DNA from: Sulfolobales archaeon
GTDB lineage: Archaea; Thermoproteota; Thermoprotei_A; Sulfolobales; AG1
Assembly: GCA_038867615.1 (NCBI GenBank)
Contig: JAWBYA010000002.1
Span: forward strand, 128,001-192,000
Length of the DNA stretch: 64,000 nucleotides
Direction of reading: 5' to 3'
The position numbers and the translations under genes are program-made. The notes beneath the pieces were generated by a model. It did not search any database and was not told the DNA's origin. It was given only the letters and a program-made list of their open reading frames with translations. Positions 10,122-20,730 of the stretch are shown here, one piece after another; positions within the stretch are counted from its first letter, which is position 1; every line of letters starts with the position of its first letter.

Positions 10122-10802
10122 ATGGTATCTAGGGCTGGTGTCTATTACTTCGAGGTTGAGCACCATGGGTGCTGGACAACCATTACTAGGGATCAGGATG
10201 TGGTTATAAAGACACTTAGACAGGAGTTCAGAGATCCTGAGATCTTTAAGGCTAGCGTCATGATCATTGGCAAGGATACCAGGTCATTTATAACAAGGAT
10301 ACGAAGGCTGAGAGAGATCCTCAAGATCGATATTAACCTCTTCCAAGAGAAGAGATGGGTTAACGGTGAGAGGACAAGACTAGCCCTCATGGATTTTGAG
10401 AGTCGTAGGCATGGATCCGTGTCTGATCTTGTATACAGGCTTGGAGGTATAATCCTGAGACAGGAGGTTGTGGGTGGACTTGAGAAGTGGAAGATCCTGA
10501 TCCCCAGATCCTCTAACAGGCTTGAAGAAACACTCAGAGAGTCACTAAATAGAGGATGCAGTTTGGTAGAGATGCGGGGAGGAGATCTAGAGCCGTCTAT
10601 GATAGATGGTAGCATCGATGCAATGCTAACCATCTATGAAAAACAGGCTTTGATAGCAGCGCTTAAGAGCGGCTTCATAGACTATCCTAGAAGGGCTAAG
10701 GCTGCGGATGTTGCAAAGATGCTAGGAGTAAGCCCGGCTACATTTATATATCATTTTAGAAGGGCTGAGAAGAAACTGGCTAGGCTGGTGCTTCTAGAGT
10801 AG
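10122..10802 (+). CDS. Bacterio-opsin activator-type (HTH_10) transcriptional regulator
   Basis: N-terminal EVEHHGCWT; C-terminal LT..EKQAL.AA.K.GFIDYPRR...A.MLGVSPATF.YHFRRAEKKL; divergent from the ABC operon. Confidence 0.9.
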   Translation: MVSRAGVYYFEVEHHGCWTTITRDQDVVIKTLRQEFRDPEIFKASVMIIGKDTRSFITRIRRLREILKIDINLFQEKRWVNGERTRLALMDFESRRHGSVSDLVYRLGGIILRQEVVGGLEKWKILIPRSSNRLEETLRESLNRGCSLVEMRGGDLEPSMIDGSIDAMLTIYEKQALIAALKSGFIDYPRRAKAADVAKMLGVSPATFIYHFRRAEKKLARLVLLE

Positions 10803-10815
10803 CTATTTAAGATTG

Positions 10816-11415
10816 CTAGCTACGCCCAGGATCCTTTCTAGCTATACCTCTAAGAACCTCAACAGCCCTTCTCCTGAACTCCTGGATATCGATACCATCG
10901 TTAACTATCATTATATCAGCCATTGCTATAACGCCTCCAAGCCCTAGCGAGAGTTCTAGGGAATCCCTTGCAGCAAACTCCTCCCAGCTCTTCGGATCCC
11001 CCTCCCTCCCCCTACTAGAAAGCCTCGCAAACCTGGTTTTAGGGCTAGCATGTATACCAACAATGATCACTTCCGAGAAGCTCTTTCTAAAAACCTCGAT
11101 CTCTCTCAAAGATCTCGAACCATCTATAACAACATAGCGACACCCCTCCGGACCTCCACGGCTCGAGAACACCTCACCAACCGTCATCTTGGCAACGAAA
11201 TCATCACCATATATCTTCCTAAGCTCTACAGCAACCATAGCCATGTTACTCCTGGTTATGGGAAGACCCCTCCTAACAAGCTCTCTCCTCACCACATCGC
11301 CCATAACATATACCTCGAAACCCATCTCCCTAGCGGTCTCTGAGAATATGCTCTTACCAGAGCCCGGCATGCCTGTAACCACGATGGCTATGACGCACTC
11401 GGTTTTCGTATCCAA
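10816..11415 (-). CDS. UPF0200 nucleotide kinase (dephospho-CoA/adenylate kinase-like)
   Basis: VTGMPGSGKS, MGDVVR, IDGSRS, RGREGDP, RD..EL.LG. Confidence 0.85.
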   Translation of the reverse strand: MDTKTECVIAIVVTGMPGSGKSIFSETAREMGFEVYVMGDVVRRELVRRGLPITRSNMAMVAVELRKIYGDDFVAKMTVGEVFSSRGGPEGCRYVVIDGSRSLREIEVFRKSFSEVIIVGIHASPKTRFARLSSRGREGDPKSWEEFAARDSLELSLGLGGVIAMADIMIVNDGIDIQEFRRRAVEVLRGIARKDPGRS

Positions 11416-11495
11416 CGAGATACCCCAGCCCTCTATAAAGTTAGAAAGTTATAAGATAATCGAATCCCTTGTTCGAAAACCATAAATCTATATGA

Positions 11496-11555
11496 TGGCG
11501 CCGCGGCCGGGATTTGAACCCGGGTCACGGGCTATCCGCAGCGCCCACAGGCCCC
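11496..11555 (-). tRNA. Isolated 3' half of tRNA-Asp(GUC) (exon 11496-11533) with 22-nt leader; probable trans-spliced split tRNA
   Basis: Minus strand reads GGGGCCUGUGGGCGCUGCGGAU|AGCCCGUGACCCGGGUUCAAAUCCCGGCCGCGGCGCCA, i.e. positions 38-76 including CCA. No D-arm or 5' acceptor strand upstream. TTTATAA box at 11580-11586 lies ~25 nt upstream. Confidence 0.8.
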
Positions 11556-11617
11556 AGATAGATATATGTGAAGAAATGCTTATAAATTAGAGCGTGGGTC
11601 GGGGTTAAAAAGCTCTT

Positions 11618-11947
11618 TTACACCTCTCCCTCCACTTCTTCGATCATTATTATGTTCTCCTCAGGTACTCCAAGCTCCTTGATCAATATGTTCTTTACCC
11701 TAAGCCTGTGGTCTCCCTGGAGCTCTATCCTTCCGTTCTTAGCAGTCCCTCCGGTGGCTAGTTTTGATTTAAGCATGGATGCTATTTTCCTTAGATCCTG
11801 TGTCTCGTCAAGCCCCTCTATTATTGTTACTTCTTTCCCAAACTTTCTTTTCTCTAAACGTATTTTTACAATCTGTTGTTCAACCATTAGCTGTCTACAT
11901 ATCTCTGGGGGGAGGCCTCCACATATATTCTCGAGAGAGCTTTTCAT
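11618..11947 (-). CDS. sui1: Translation initiation factor aIF1 (SUI1)
   Basis: [41 protein letters not shown]. Confidence 0.95.
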   Translation of the reverse strand: MKSSLENICGGLPPEICRQLMVEQQIVKIRLEKRKFGKEVTIIEGLDETQDLRKIASMLKSKLATGGTAKNGRIELQGDHRLRVKNILIKELGVPEENIIMIEEVEGEV

Positions 11948-12050
11948 GTTCTCCTCGATACACCCACTAAATGAAGGCTTAGTAAGCTAATATATTTGAA
12001 AAATTTGAGCGCCATGATCTGGGCCGGGTTTGTTAAAAGATCCCGATCTA

Positions 12051-13538
12051 TTACTGCTTCGGGTCTGGCATCTGATCCAGGATCTCCTTAACTATTTTCT
12101 TCAACTCATCATGCTTGGATCTATATACCTCTGTGTATGTCTGAGCCCATCTTATAGTTGGATCCCCTCTGCTGAACCGATCGTATTGCTCATACCTCAT
12201 ACCAACCTCAGAGCCTATGACATCCCATAGTAGGTTGAAGAGCTTCACCCTCTCTAGAGCGTTAATCCCCTTCATTGCTAGGTATTTCTCTATATATGCC
12301 CTCTCCTCGGGGTTCTCGAAATCCTTTATAGATGCCGGTATTGGTATAGATGCGCCGGCTGAGATAAGCCTCAGGATCTCGTTGGCCCTTGGAAGGGCTT
12401 TCATGTTAAAGTGGCTAGCAGCTATTGCTATCTGGGCGTTTGGTCTAACTATGTTGGGGAGCTCTTCCGCAAGCTCTATAGAGCCGTATATCGCTGCCTC
12501 GTTGAGGGCTAGGTAGATCAGGATCTCGCCCAGCTTCTCCTGGACATTTATAAAACTATCTATACCTGCAGCCTGTGCAACAGATATAGCTAGGCCTGCG
12601 AGGAACTTCAGCCTGCAGTAATGCTGTATCACGAAGTGCCAGTTAAACCACGATCTCAGCCTCACCTCATGCCACATGAAGTTCTCGATCTCCTCGGGCT
12701 TTTTATAGAATATTATATTCTCCCACGGTACCAGGATATCATCGAATATTAACAGTCCATCACTCTCCTCATATTTTGATGATATTGGGTATTCGAACCC
12801 GGAGTAACCGCTCCTCGGCTCAAACCCTCTTCTTGCAAGCACTTTAATACCCTTGGTGTTTGTTGGTATTGCGAAGAAGACCGCATACCTGGGATCGGTA
12901 TCCCTTCTTACGTTAGGTAGATACCATAGCCACTCAGCATATGCTGCTGATGTAGAGATCATTGCGGCGCCTCTTACTATAACACCCTCGCTTGTCTCCT
13001 TAACAACCCCTGCCCATATATATGGATCTGGCCATTGTGATGGTGGTTTTGATCTATCATACATGGGGGCTACTATGGCGTGTGTAAAGAAGAGATCTTT
13101 CTTAGCGTGCTGCTTATAGATCTCGATAGCGTTCTCGCCATATCTAGATCCGAAGTGCTTAGCGAAGTAATCGCTATGTGCTGCGAATACAGCGCTCCAT
13201 AGGTTGAGGTAGTCCGGGCTTCTGCCGAAGAATCCTCTATAGTGGTCATATATCGTCATAAGCCCTTCTGCGAGTTTTCTGAGATCGTTCTTAGACTTGG
13301 GGATCATGAAGCTTATACTCGCCTCCTCACCAAGCATGGGGCTATAGTGCCTCAGTTTATCGGACTTACCTGGATCCCAGTGGAGGTCGTAGTACTCGGC
13401 TGTTGTTTTCACAGGTATTCTAAAGGCTGGGTGATCCGCTATATCTTCTACTATTTTTCCATCGTAATATACTACTGGATGGTTACCCTCTCTAATGGAT
13501 CTTATGTAGTCCTCTCCTCTCCTGATCATGATCACCAC
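12051..13538 (-). CDS. hpaB: 4-hydroxyphenylacetate 3-hydroxylase, oxygenase component
   Basis: [45 protein letters not shown]. Confidence 0.9.
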   Translation of the reverse strand: MVIMIRRGEDYIRSIREGNHPVVYYDGKIVEDIADHPAFRIPVKTTAEYYDLHWDPGKSDKLRHYSPMLGEEASISFMIPKSKNDLRKLAEGLMTIYDHYRGFFGRSPDYLNLWSAVFAAHSDYFAKHFGSRYGENAIEIYKQHAKKDLFFTHAIVAPMYDRSKPPSQWPDPYIWAGVVKETSEGVIVRGAAMISTSAAYAEWLWYLPNVRRDTDPRYAVFFAIPTNTKGIKVLARRGFEPRSGYSGFEYPISSKYEESDGLLIFDDILVPWENIIFYKKPEEIENFMWHEVRLRSWFNWHFVIQHYCRLKFLAGLAISVAQAAGIDSFINVQEKLGEILIYLALNEAAIYGSIELAEELPNIVRPNAQIAIAASHFNMKALPRANEILRLISAGASIPIPASIKDFENPEERAYIEKYLAMKGINALERVKLFNLLWDVIGSEVGMRYEQYDRFSRGDPTIRWAQTYTEVYRSKHDELKKIVKEILDQMPDPKQ

Positions 13539-14530
13539 CTTATAGTGGGCATCATGCTTGTATAGCCCTCGAGGGGTTTCATACCACCCCTAACGATCGA
13601 TTCCACGGGTTTTATCTCCCTCCACCTATCGGGTATCGGTCTGCCCCAGAAGTCAGATCTATATCTAGCCTGATTGAACCTCCACTCTATAGGCTTCCAC
13701 TTATCTGGATCTAGTATCACGTAATCCCCTGTGTAGAGCTCTATCCTAATACCATCTGGATCCCTTATATAGAAGTAGAAGGCCCTAGTAGCACCATGCC
13801 TCCCAGGCCCTCTCTCTATAGAGTCCCACATACCCATGCTAGCAAGTATATCTGCGATCCTCACCATATCCCTCATCTCTGGGACAATATATGCGACATG
13901 GTGGAAACCAGGCCCCGGATCCTTCCCAATGGTTTTTCCCAACGCAACATCGTGGGAGTCATGTTTATAGTAGGAGGTAACCCATGCAGCATGTTTAGAA
14001 CCATCATCGCCTAAGAAGTACTCAGTCAATATGAAACCGAGTTCTTTTATATAGTATCTCAGGGCTTCATCAAGATTCCTGACTGGGAGCGAGATATTGA
14101 CATGGGCTAGCCTTACTGGGGGTGCTCCTCTATACTGGCTATACTTTAACCCAAGATCCCCTGTGTACTCCATATCATAGTAAAACACCAGCGGAAAACC
14201 ATATGGATCTTCAACAGCTATGGCATCGGAAACACCCTTCTCGGAGAACCTAGATACAGGCAGCCCCATAGATCTATAATAGTCTCTAGCCCTATCAAGA
14301 TCCTCAGGGGAATTCACCCTAAACGCTATATATGATAACCCTGGCTCTGAGCCCTTCCTGAGTACAAGGCTGTGGTGCTGTCCCTCCTCAACACCCTTGA
14401 GATAAAGCTCATCCCCGCTCTTCTCAACCTCTACAAAGCCCAAGATATCTACGTAGAACAACCTAGCCCTATCAAGATCGGAAACCCTCAGGCCAACGTG
14501 GGAGATTCTATGGATACCAAATGCTGGCAC
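13532..14530 (-). CDS. hpaD: Extradiol dioxygenase (3,4-dihydroxyphenylacetate/catechol 2,3-dioxygenase)
   Basis: [44 protein letters not shown]; GTG at 14530 chosen from RBS/TATA spacing. Confidence 0.9.
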   Translation of the reverse strand: MPAFGIHRISHVGLRVSDLDRARLFYVDILGFVEVEKSGDELYLKGVEEGQHHSLVLRKGSEPGLSYIAFRVNSPEDLDRARDYYRSMGLPVSRFSEKGVSDAIAVEDPYGFPLVFYYDMEYTGDLGLKYSQYRGAPPVRLAHVNISLPVRNLDEALRYYIKELGFILTEYFLGDDGSKHAAWVTSYYKHDSHDVALGKTIGKDPGPGFHHVAYIVPEMRDMVRIADILASMGMWDSIERGPGRHGATRAFYFYIRDPDGIRIELYTGDYVILDPDKWKPIEWRFNQARYRSDFWGRPIPDRWREIKPVESIVRGGMKPLEGYTSMMPTIRW

Positions 14531-14560
14531 TCTAACCACCACGTAGTATTCCTTCAGGCT

Positions 14561-14593
14561 ATTTAATATACATGTAATCAAATTAATTAGATT
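14561..14593 (-). promoter_or_regulatory. Operator-like near-palindrome plus TATA upstream of hpaD
   Basis: Minus strand AATCTAATTAATTTGATTACATGTATATTAAAT. Confidence 0.55.
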
Positions 14594-14676
14594 AACGCAA
14601 CCACCAATATGTTAAAATATAATCTATATAAACAGTATATAGTTGATCGCTAGCTGTTATCTAAGTTTCCCTTAGA

Positions 14677-14815
14677 TCCGAGCTTCATAGCGATTGATAT
14701 TTTGTACCTATTATTTTTTCACTATAGATCCAGGACGTGGAGTTTCCCCACAACAGAAAGGAGCTAGAGTTGGGTCACCCCTAATGGGTGGACCAAGGAT
14801 AGAAGCCATGAACCG
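14677..14815 (+). mobile_element. Degenerate copy of tnpB-derived mini-element family B
   Basis: Left end tccgagcttcatagcgattgatatttt matches the terminal repeat of 20375-20711. Body gatccaggacgtggagtttccccaca..ggagct..gggtcacccc..gggtgga..aggatag aligns to 20524-20625. Confidence 0.65.
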
Positions 14816-14867
14816 TTGGCTACGGCCTTGGAATAGAATAAGATCTTCTTCCAAAAACCGGTTCTAC

Positions 14868-17486
14868 TCATAGCTCGCATGTCGTGCACGAGGGATCTGT
14901 ATAACCCTCTACAGTGAATCTAGGTATCCTCAAACGCTCCTTCATCTGTGAAGACTGTTGCTGTTGGGCTTGCTGTGCTTGCTGCGCCTGGATATTCTCC
15001 TCCTTCTTAGCACTCTTCTGCATCTCCACAGTCTTTAGCCCGAAGTATATTACCTGCTTGCTCTTGGACTTATCTCTATAGACCGTTATACCCTTGATCC
15101 CTAGCCTCCACGCAATCTTATATACATGATCCACATCCTCTTCAGAGGCTTCTGAAGCCATGTTTATAGTTTTAGAGACCCCGGCATCTACCCACTGCTG
15201 CCATGCAGCCTGGTGGAGAACATGGTATACGGGGCTCACGTCATGGGCTGTTCTGAATAGCTCTCTAAGCGTTCTTGGCATGAAGGGGTTGTGATCTATA
15301 GATCCTGTCTCGGCTACAGCCTCAACAACCTCTGGGGAGTCTAGCTCATACCTCCTGAGATAGTCTAGGAACACTCTATCAAGCTCTATGAATGTGCCTA
15401 CAGCAACGGCTCTTACAAAGGCTAGTGCGAATATGGGCTCTATAGAGCTTGATGTACCAGCTATTATCGAGATCGTGCCTGTAGGCGCTATTGAGAGAAC
15501 CTGTGCGTTCCTCACACCATATTCGAGTATACCGCTCTCCAGAGATCTAGGATCAACGCTGAGCTTTGAGAGAATCTTTGAGATCTTCTCAGAGGGTTTA
15601 CCCTCGATCCCGGTCTCTCTCAATAGATCCTCTACTGGTTTGGAGAACTCCCAAGCAGCCCTATAGAGCTTCGGGTTGAATGCCGTGAAAGCACCTTTCT
15701 CCTTAGCAAGCTCTATCGATGCTCTTAGTGCGTGGTAGTAGATGAACCTGGCTAGATACCATGCTAGGTATAATGCATCAACACTATCATACCTAATCCC
15801 AAGTCTTATGAGTGCGTGGGCCCAGCCCATAACGCCTAGACCAACTTTTCTAGTAAGCTTGGCTCCTCTCTCAAGCTGTGGTAGGGGCCATTTAGCGGCA
15901 TCTATAACGTTGTCAAGGAACCTTATAGCTATCTCTATATCCCTTACAAGTAGATCGAGATCTATATCTGTGCTCCCATCCTCCCTAACCACTATATATT
16001 TAGCCAGATCGAGGGATCCCAGGTTACATGGCTCCCAGTCTAGGAGGGGCTCTTCGGCACACGGGTTTGTAGCGTTTATCTTCCCCACATACCATGCTGT
16101 GTGTCTCCTGTTAATGGTATCTATAAACACAAGCCCTGGGTCTCCTGAATCCCATGCTCCCCTCACTATTTTCCTCCACAGCTCCTTAGGATCGATCCAT
16201 CTGACTATAGCTCCCTCTCTCTCAGCTATTGCGAGAGCCTCCTCCCACGTGATCACCCTAGACTCGTCGAGAGGAACAGAGCCTCCCCTCTCCTCAAGCT
16301 CGTCTATTATAACCTCCTGAACCCACTCCTCCTCAATGCTGAACCTAGCCCTAGCTATAGCATAATACCTCGAATCGCCAGATCCTGGTCTCAGCTGCGT
16401 CTTTCTCGGGTTTATGAGGGGGAATTTCTCTCCCCTCTCAAGGGCTTTCATAAACGAATCATAGATCCCGACGCTTATGTTGAAGTTCTGGAGATGCACA
16501 TCCCTAAGCTCTCCAGTCTTGCTCACTATGAACCTCTCTATATCGGGATGCCATACATGCAGGATCCCCATGTTAGCCCCTCTCCTCTTACCGCCTTGCT
16601 TGATCACCTCTGTGTTAACGTCAAAGAGCCTCATGAAGCTCAGGGGACCCGAGGCTACGCCAGCTGTTGATGCAACAGTATCTCCCTCGGGTCTCAGCTC
16701 TGAGAATGAGAATCCTGTTCCACCGCCCATCTTGTGTATAATAGCCTGGGCTCTCACAGCATCCATTATACCCTCTCCATCAGGTGTTACTAGAGAATCC
16801 CTCACAGGTAATACGAAGCAGGCTGAGAGTATTCCAAGCTTTGTCCCGGCATTCATCAGTGTTGGTGTGTTGGGGATGAATCTGAGGCCTGACATTACCT
16901 CGTAGAATCTCTCCTCAAGCTCTCTAACCTCCTTCTCAGACTTGCCATACTGCCTCTCAACAGATGCTATAACCCTAGCAACCCTTCTAAAGAGCATCTG
17001 CGGCGATTCTATATACCTCAGCGTCTCGGGATCCTTGAGCAGATACCTAGCCTCAAGAACCTTTATAGCCTGGTATGTGAGGAGGAGATCCCTCTCGTTA
17101 AACGAGCCGTCCCACTTATCACCATATAGATCCTGATAGATCCTTGCAAGAGCATACCTCTTAGCAGCCTCAAAGAACCTCTGATCCCTCACACCAAGTA
17201 TCATGAACCTCTTCTCAACAAGATCGGCAAGATCTCTCGAGCTAATCTCACAGATTTGTTTATTCCCACACCTCTCCACAACATCCCCATATACACCCTC
17301 AATCACATGCTCTGCTTCCTCAGCATCTATACCAGCAGACCTCAGGGCAAGAATAACAGATCTAGCTAGCTTACTAACATCGAAACCCTCTTTATGAGAA
17401 TCCCTCTTAACAACAACTATCTCTAAACCAACCACCTGCCCACCAACCCTCTTCTCAGCAACCTTCATCTCCTCAGAGCTAGACAT
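14868..17486 (-). CDS. nrdJ: Adenosylcobalamin-dependent ribonucleotide reductase (class II) with ATP-cone
   Basis: VVKRD cone, [42 protein letters not shown]-terminal CxxC. Confidence 0.95.
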   Translation of the reverse strand: MSSSEEMKVAEKRVGGQVVGLEIVVVKRDSHKEGFDVSKLARSVILALRSAGIDAEEAEHVIEGVYGDVVERCGNKQICEISSRDLADLVEKRFMILGVRDQRFFEAAKRYALARIYQDLYGDKWDGSFNERDLLLTYQAIKVLEARYLLKDPETLRYIESPQMLFRRVARVIASVERQYGKSEKEVRELEERFYEVMSGLRFIPNTPTLMNAGTKLGILSACFVLPVRDSLVTPDGEGIMDAVRAQAIIHKMGGGTGFSFSELRPEGDTVASTAGVASGPLSFMRLFDVNTEVIKQGGKRRGANMGILHVWHPDIERFIVSKTGELRDVHLQNFNISVGIYDSFMKALERGEKFPLINPRKTQLRPGSGDSRYYAIARARFSIEEEWVQEVIIDELEERGGSVPLDESRVITWEEALAIAEREGAIVRWIDPKELWRKIVRGAWDSGDPGLVFIDTINRRHTAWYVGKINATNPCAEEPLLDWEPCNLGSLDLAKYIVVREDGSTDIDLDLLVRDIEIAIRFLDNVIDAAKWPLPQLERGAKLTRKVGLGVMGWAHALIRLGIRYDSVDALYLAWYLARFIYYHALRASIELAKEKGAFTAFNPKLYRAAWEFSKPVEDLLRETGIEGKPSEKISKILSKLSVDPRSLESGILEYGVRNAQVLSIAPTGTISIIAGTSSSIEPIFALAFVRAVAVGTFIELDRVFLDYLRRYELDSPEVVEAVAETGSIDHNPFMPRTLRELFRTAHDVSPVYHVLHQAAWQQWVDAGVSKTINMASEASEEDVDHVYKIAWRLGIKGITVYRDKSKSKQVIYFGLKTVEMQKSAKKEENIQAQQAQQAQQQQSSQMKERLRIPRFTVEGYTDPSCTTCEL

Positions 17487-17722
17487 AGATCACCACCTAT
17501 TATGTGACCATATCCTATTGGTGTTTGATTACGTATATATAGATGGCTCATAGAACTCATATGAGTCTCACTATCCCTAGTAATATCCTGAATAGAAATG
17601 GGATAAATATATATAGTAAAACTATACAGAGAGACCAGGGCGAAACTATCGCTCCATATATCCCGGAGATATCGATATGACATGGTTATATAATTAACAA
17701 TCGACTCATCTCTGGGAAGGAG

Positions 17723-18526
17723 ATGCCGCGGAAAAGAGAAACTAAGGAGAAGGTGCAAGAGAAGGCCGAGACAGAGGCTAAGAGGAAAACGCCTAGAAGG
17801 GTTTCTAAGAAGCATGTTGATGTTGAGGAATGGGTTAGTGAGAGGATCGATGATCTCTCCTCAAGACTAGGCCTCGATATCCTTGGATTATCTAGGGAGG
17901 AGCTTGTAACAATACTAAGCAAGATCGTTGAGATCGTTTTGGGAGAGTCAAGACCAGATGTTGAGACAATAGTTAAGAGGATCAAGAGGAACGAGGATAA
18001 AATAAGACCCCTAATAGCGCTCGGCATACTAGAACTTAGGGAAAACCTAAACGAGGATCAGATAGACTATGTTTTATCAGCCCTGGGTCCATGGATACTA
18101 TCCCACGCTGGAAAACTATATAGAGAGGCTAAAAGACTGGGAAAGAGCGACTATCTACAAGCGGCAAGGCTTGAGTGGAACAAGCAGTGGATGATCCAGA
18201 GGGATAGGATCCTCCCACCAGAATGCCCCATCTGCGGGTTCAACGCCCTCATGGGTGATCTCACATGCTTAGTATGTGGCTCAACACCCAGCACTAAGCT
18301 CATTATAGAACACTATAGGGTTAGCGAATACGTGGAGAGCCTTGCAAAGAAAGGGATGCTTGAGGATCTAAAGAGGATCCTGGATTCAGGATATATAATC
18401 ATATCATCAACAGGAATAAAGATCCCGGGCAAAGACCCCAGGGAAAAATACGACGTAGAGCTCCATCTCACAAGCAGCTTAAGAGAAGAGATCAAAAAAG
18501 CCCTACAGAGTACTCAGAGTCTATAG
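17723..18526 (+). CDS. Conserved hypothetical protein with zinc ribbon
   Basis: 267 aa; CPICG...CLVCG. Confidence 0.8.
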   Translation: MPRKRETKEKVQEKAETEAKRKTPRRVSKKHVDVEEWVSERIDDLSSRLGLDILGLSREELVTILSKIVEIVLGESRPDVETIVKRIKRNEDKIRPLIALGILELRENLNEDQIDYVLSALGPWILSHAGKLYREAKRLGKSDYLQAARLEWNKQWMIQRDRILPPECPICGFNALMGDLTCLVCGSTPSTKLIIEHYRVSEYVESLAKKGMLEDLKRILDSGYIIISSTGIKIPGKDPREKYDVELHLTSSLREEIKKALQSTQSL

Positions 18527-18807
18527 ACATACATAGAAGTCTTTGAAGCAATAGCAAAGCATTTCGGAAACCAACCAAAAGTCTATACACCCAAGCCCGA
18601 GTCCTCCACACACGAAAAACGCCAACCTAAGCTTGCTGAGCATACCAGAACCAAGCTATCCAGAGCTGATCCTCAAATATAAAGTATAAAATATATAGCT
18701 AGCTTTTTGGAAGCTGCTTGGCAATATTCGAGCCTGCTTATAAGGAAAAAGATCTTGTGACCGAATCTCGCTAATATATATACTTCTCTCGCAATAAGAT
18801 CAGGTGG

Positions 18808-19659
18808 TTGTTTTTAAGGATAATGATAGGTACTGATAACGGTATATACGAACTCTCTGGGAAAAGACTTGATAAGATCTGTTGTGATGGCATGTCTATA
18901 TATGATCTTAAATCCTACGAAGACAAGCTGTATATCTGCTCAAGCAATAAGGGGCTCGCAAGGCTGGGTAGTGAGGGTTATAGTGATATACTGAAAGGTT
19001 CTTGTTGGAGGCTTATCACTACAGATAAGGGGCTTGTAGCGTCTCTCGATGGTCCTAGACTCTACCTAGTCACTGGAGATCGTGCTGAGCTTCTAGCAGA
19101 CTATAGAGGTTATGCCAAGAAGCATGGATGGTGGTTTCCACACGGACCTTCCCACATAACGGACTTCGCAGTCTATAAAAGGGTCTTCGTAGCCTCTGTG
19201 GAAGTTGGTAATCTGTTGAGAGGCCCGGACCTCGCATCCCTCGAGCCATTATCCTTCAGCCATGACCAGCATAACCTACTAGCACTAGAAGAACTGCTTA
19301 TCATTGCAACAGCGTCAGGAGTCTATTACACCGAGGATCTTGAGGTGTTCAACGAGGCAAAAGGCTCGCACGGATATTTCCACGCACTCGAAGAGTGCGG
19401 AGACCTCGTGCTAGGACACGTGATCAGCTCCAAACCCGTCAAGATATCCCGTGATCGTGGGAGAAGCTGGGAAAAGGTCGATATAGAGCTCCCAAGCCCA
19501 ACTACCGGTACTACAGGGATAGCATGCATTGGTGAGGGAAAAGCTATCTATGCTTCTACGGGAGTATACCTGGTAGATCTGGAAAACGGGGAGGCTGAGA
19601 ATCTCGTTGAGAAGATCCCCATGACCAGAAGGGTAACGATCCTGGACAAAGATCTCTAA
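18808..19659 (+). CDS. Beta-propeller (BNR/Asp-box) hypothetical protein
   Basis: IGTDNGIY, ATASGVYYT, Asp-box SRDRGRSW. Confidence 0.75.
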   Translation: MFLRIMIGTDNGIYELSGKRLDKICCDGMSIYDLKSYEDKLYICSSNKGLARLGSEGYSDILKGSCWRLITTDKGLVASLDGPRLYLVTGDRAELLADYRGYAKKHGWWFPHGPSHITDFAVYKRVFVASVEVGNLLRGPDLASLEPLSFSHDQHNLLALEELLIIATASGVYYTEDLEVFNEAKGSHGYFHALEECGDLVLGHVISSKPVKISRDRGRSWEKVDIELPSPTTGTTGIACIGEGKAIYASTGVYLVDLENGEAENLVEKIPMTRRVTILDKDL

Positions 19660-20191
19660 ACATGTATAATAGATTCGTATAGCTCTGGGATTAACCAGCA
19701 AGATCTCTAAGCCATCAAAATCCAGATCTTTTTCACAACGCTTTGAAAACCATTTTGAAAAACCATACAGAATAGTGATAGTTGATATTAATAACCATCC
19801 ATCCCGTCTCAGCGTTAAACACACTACAGATAGTTTTTACTACTAACAGTGAAGACACCGTATATCGGGAGCCTTAGATCAGCTGTAGCAAGCCTGCTGC
19901 CCAGCCTATATTAATACACACCTAACCACACAATAAGACCCTAGCTCATAACCATGAGCAAATAAGCGAATAAGAGACACAGGGATAGTTGCTTAGGAAC
20001 CGCTATTTAACCCCTATATGGTGAGAGATCCTCCACAAACACTCTTCTCGAATGCTTCGGTACGCATAGACACGCCTCTCTACTCTAAAATAACCAGCTA
20101 TAGTATGCCATAGGCATAAATCATAGAATAGATATATGTGAGAACATTGGGTAATAGTAAGAATAAAACCTCTGACACAATAATAGATTGA

Positions 20192-20278
20192 GCCGGGGTG
20201 CCCGAGCGGCCTAAGGGGCCGGCCTGGAGAGCCGGTGGGGGAAACCCCGCGCGGGTTCGAATCCCGCCCCCGGCGCCA
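20192..20278 (+). tRNA. tRNA-Ser(GGA), intronless, CCA encoded
   Basis: GCCGGGG acceptor stem, anticodon arm CCGGC-CTGGAGA-GCCGG, long variable arm GGGG-GAAA-CCCC, GTTCGAATC. Confidence 0.97.
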
Positions 20279-20374
20279 GCTTCATAGATCCTGGCTATAA
20301 ACAGCTGGTTTGCTGTCTAGTTATGTGGTTATTATTCTCTCCGATAGAATATTATGGGAGCCATAGCCAGCTAT

Positions 20375-20711
20375 TTCGGGTTTCATGATGATTTATAAAG
20401 ACTGATATTAAACCCGTAGTTCTGCAGTAATGGAACACTATATAAGCTCTTATATTTTACTGGGATGCCCGCCCAGCAATGAGGGTAAAAATAAAGACCC
20501 GAGGGGCGGGGTAAATAAAAAGAGATCCAGGATGTTGGGGTTTCCCCACAGCAATGAACCAGAGCAAAGCAATGAAGGGGAGCTGTGGGCCGGGGTCACC
20601 CCGAACGGGTGGAGGCCGAGGATAGGGCTCCGATGAAAGGGGTCCTGAGACCTATGAAGCCAAGGGAAGAGCGGTTGATATAAAAATCAACCGCAATGAA
20701 GCCCGAACCCC
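20375..20711 (+). mobile_element. Non-autonomous tnpB-derived mini-element, family B (imperfect terminal inverted repeats)
   Basis: ttcgggtttcat (20375-20386) / atgaagcccgaa (20696-20707); internal TATATAAG 20439-20446; subterminal 9-bp hairpin 20671-20694. Internal peptide resembles crenarchaeal TnpB termini (from recollection). A second copy lies at 14677. Confidence 0.7.
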
Positions 20712-20730
20712 TTGAATCCCAGGGACTCTT

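Noticed and set aside
11496-11555. Intron-containing tRNA-His(GUG) reading (GGGC-CU-GUG-G..)
   Set aside because: No D-arm or 5' acceptor strand upstream; the 3' exon sequence and G73 discriminator fit Asp.
14868-17486. Intein in nrdJ
   Set aside because: The ~80-aa insertion lacks intein C/S start, HN end and LAGLIDADG motifs; the Gln-rich stretch near the C-terminus is a simple linker.
20385-20425. Box C/D sRNA (ATGATGA...CTGA)
   Set aside because: AT-rich guide, no convincing C'/D boxes, and it lies within the family B left end.
20430-20636. Small ORFs 20430-20636, 25099-25284 and 63472-63675 as real genes
   Set aside because: They are translations of mini-element remnants.
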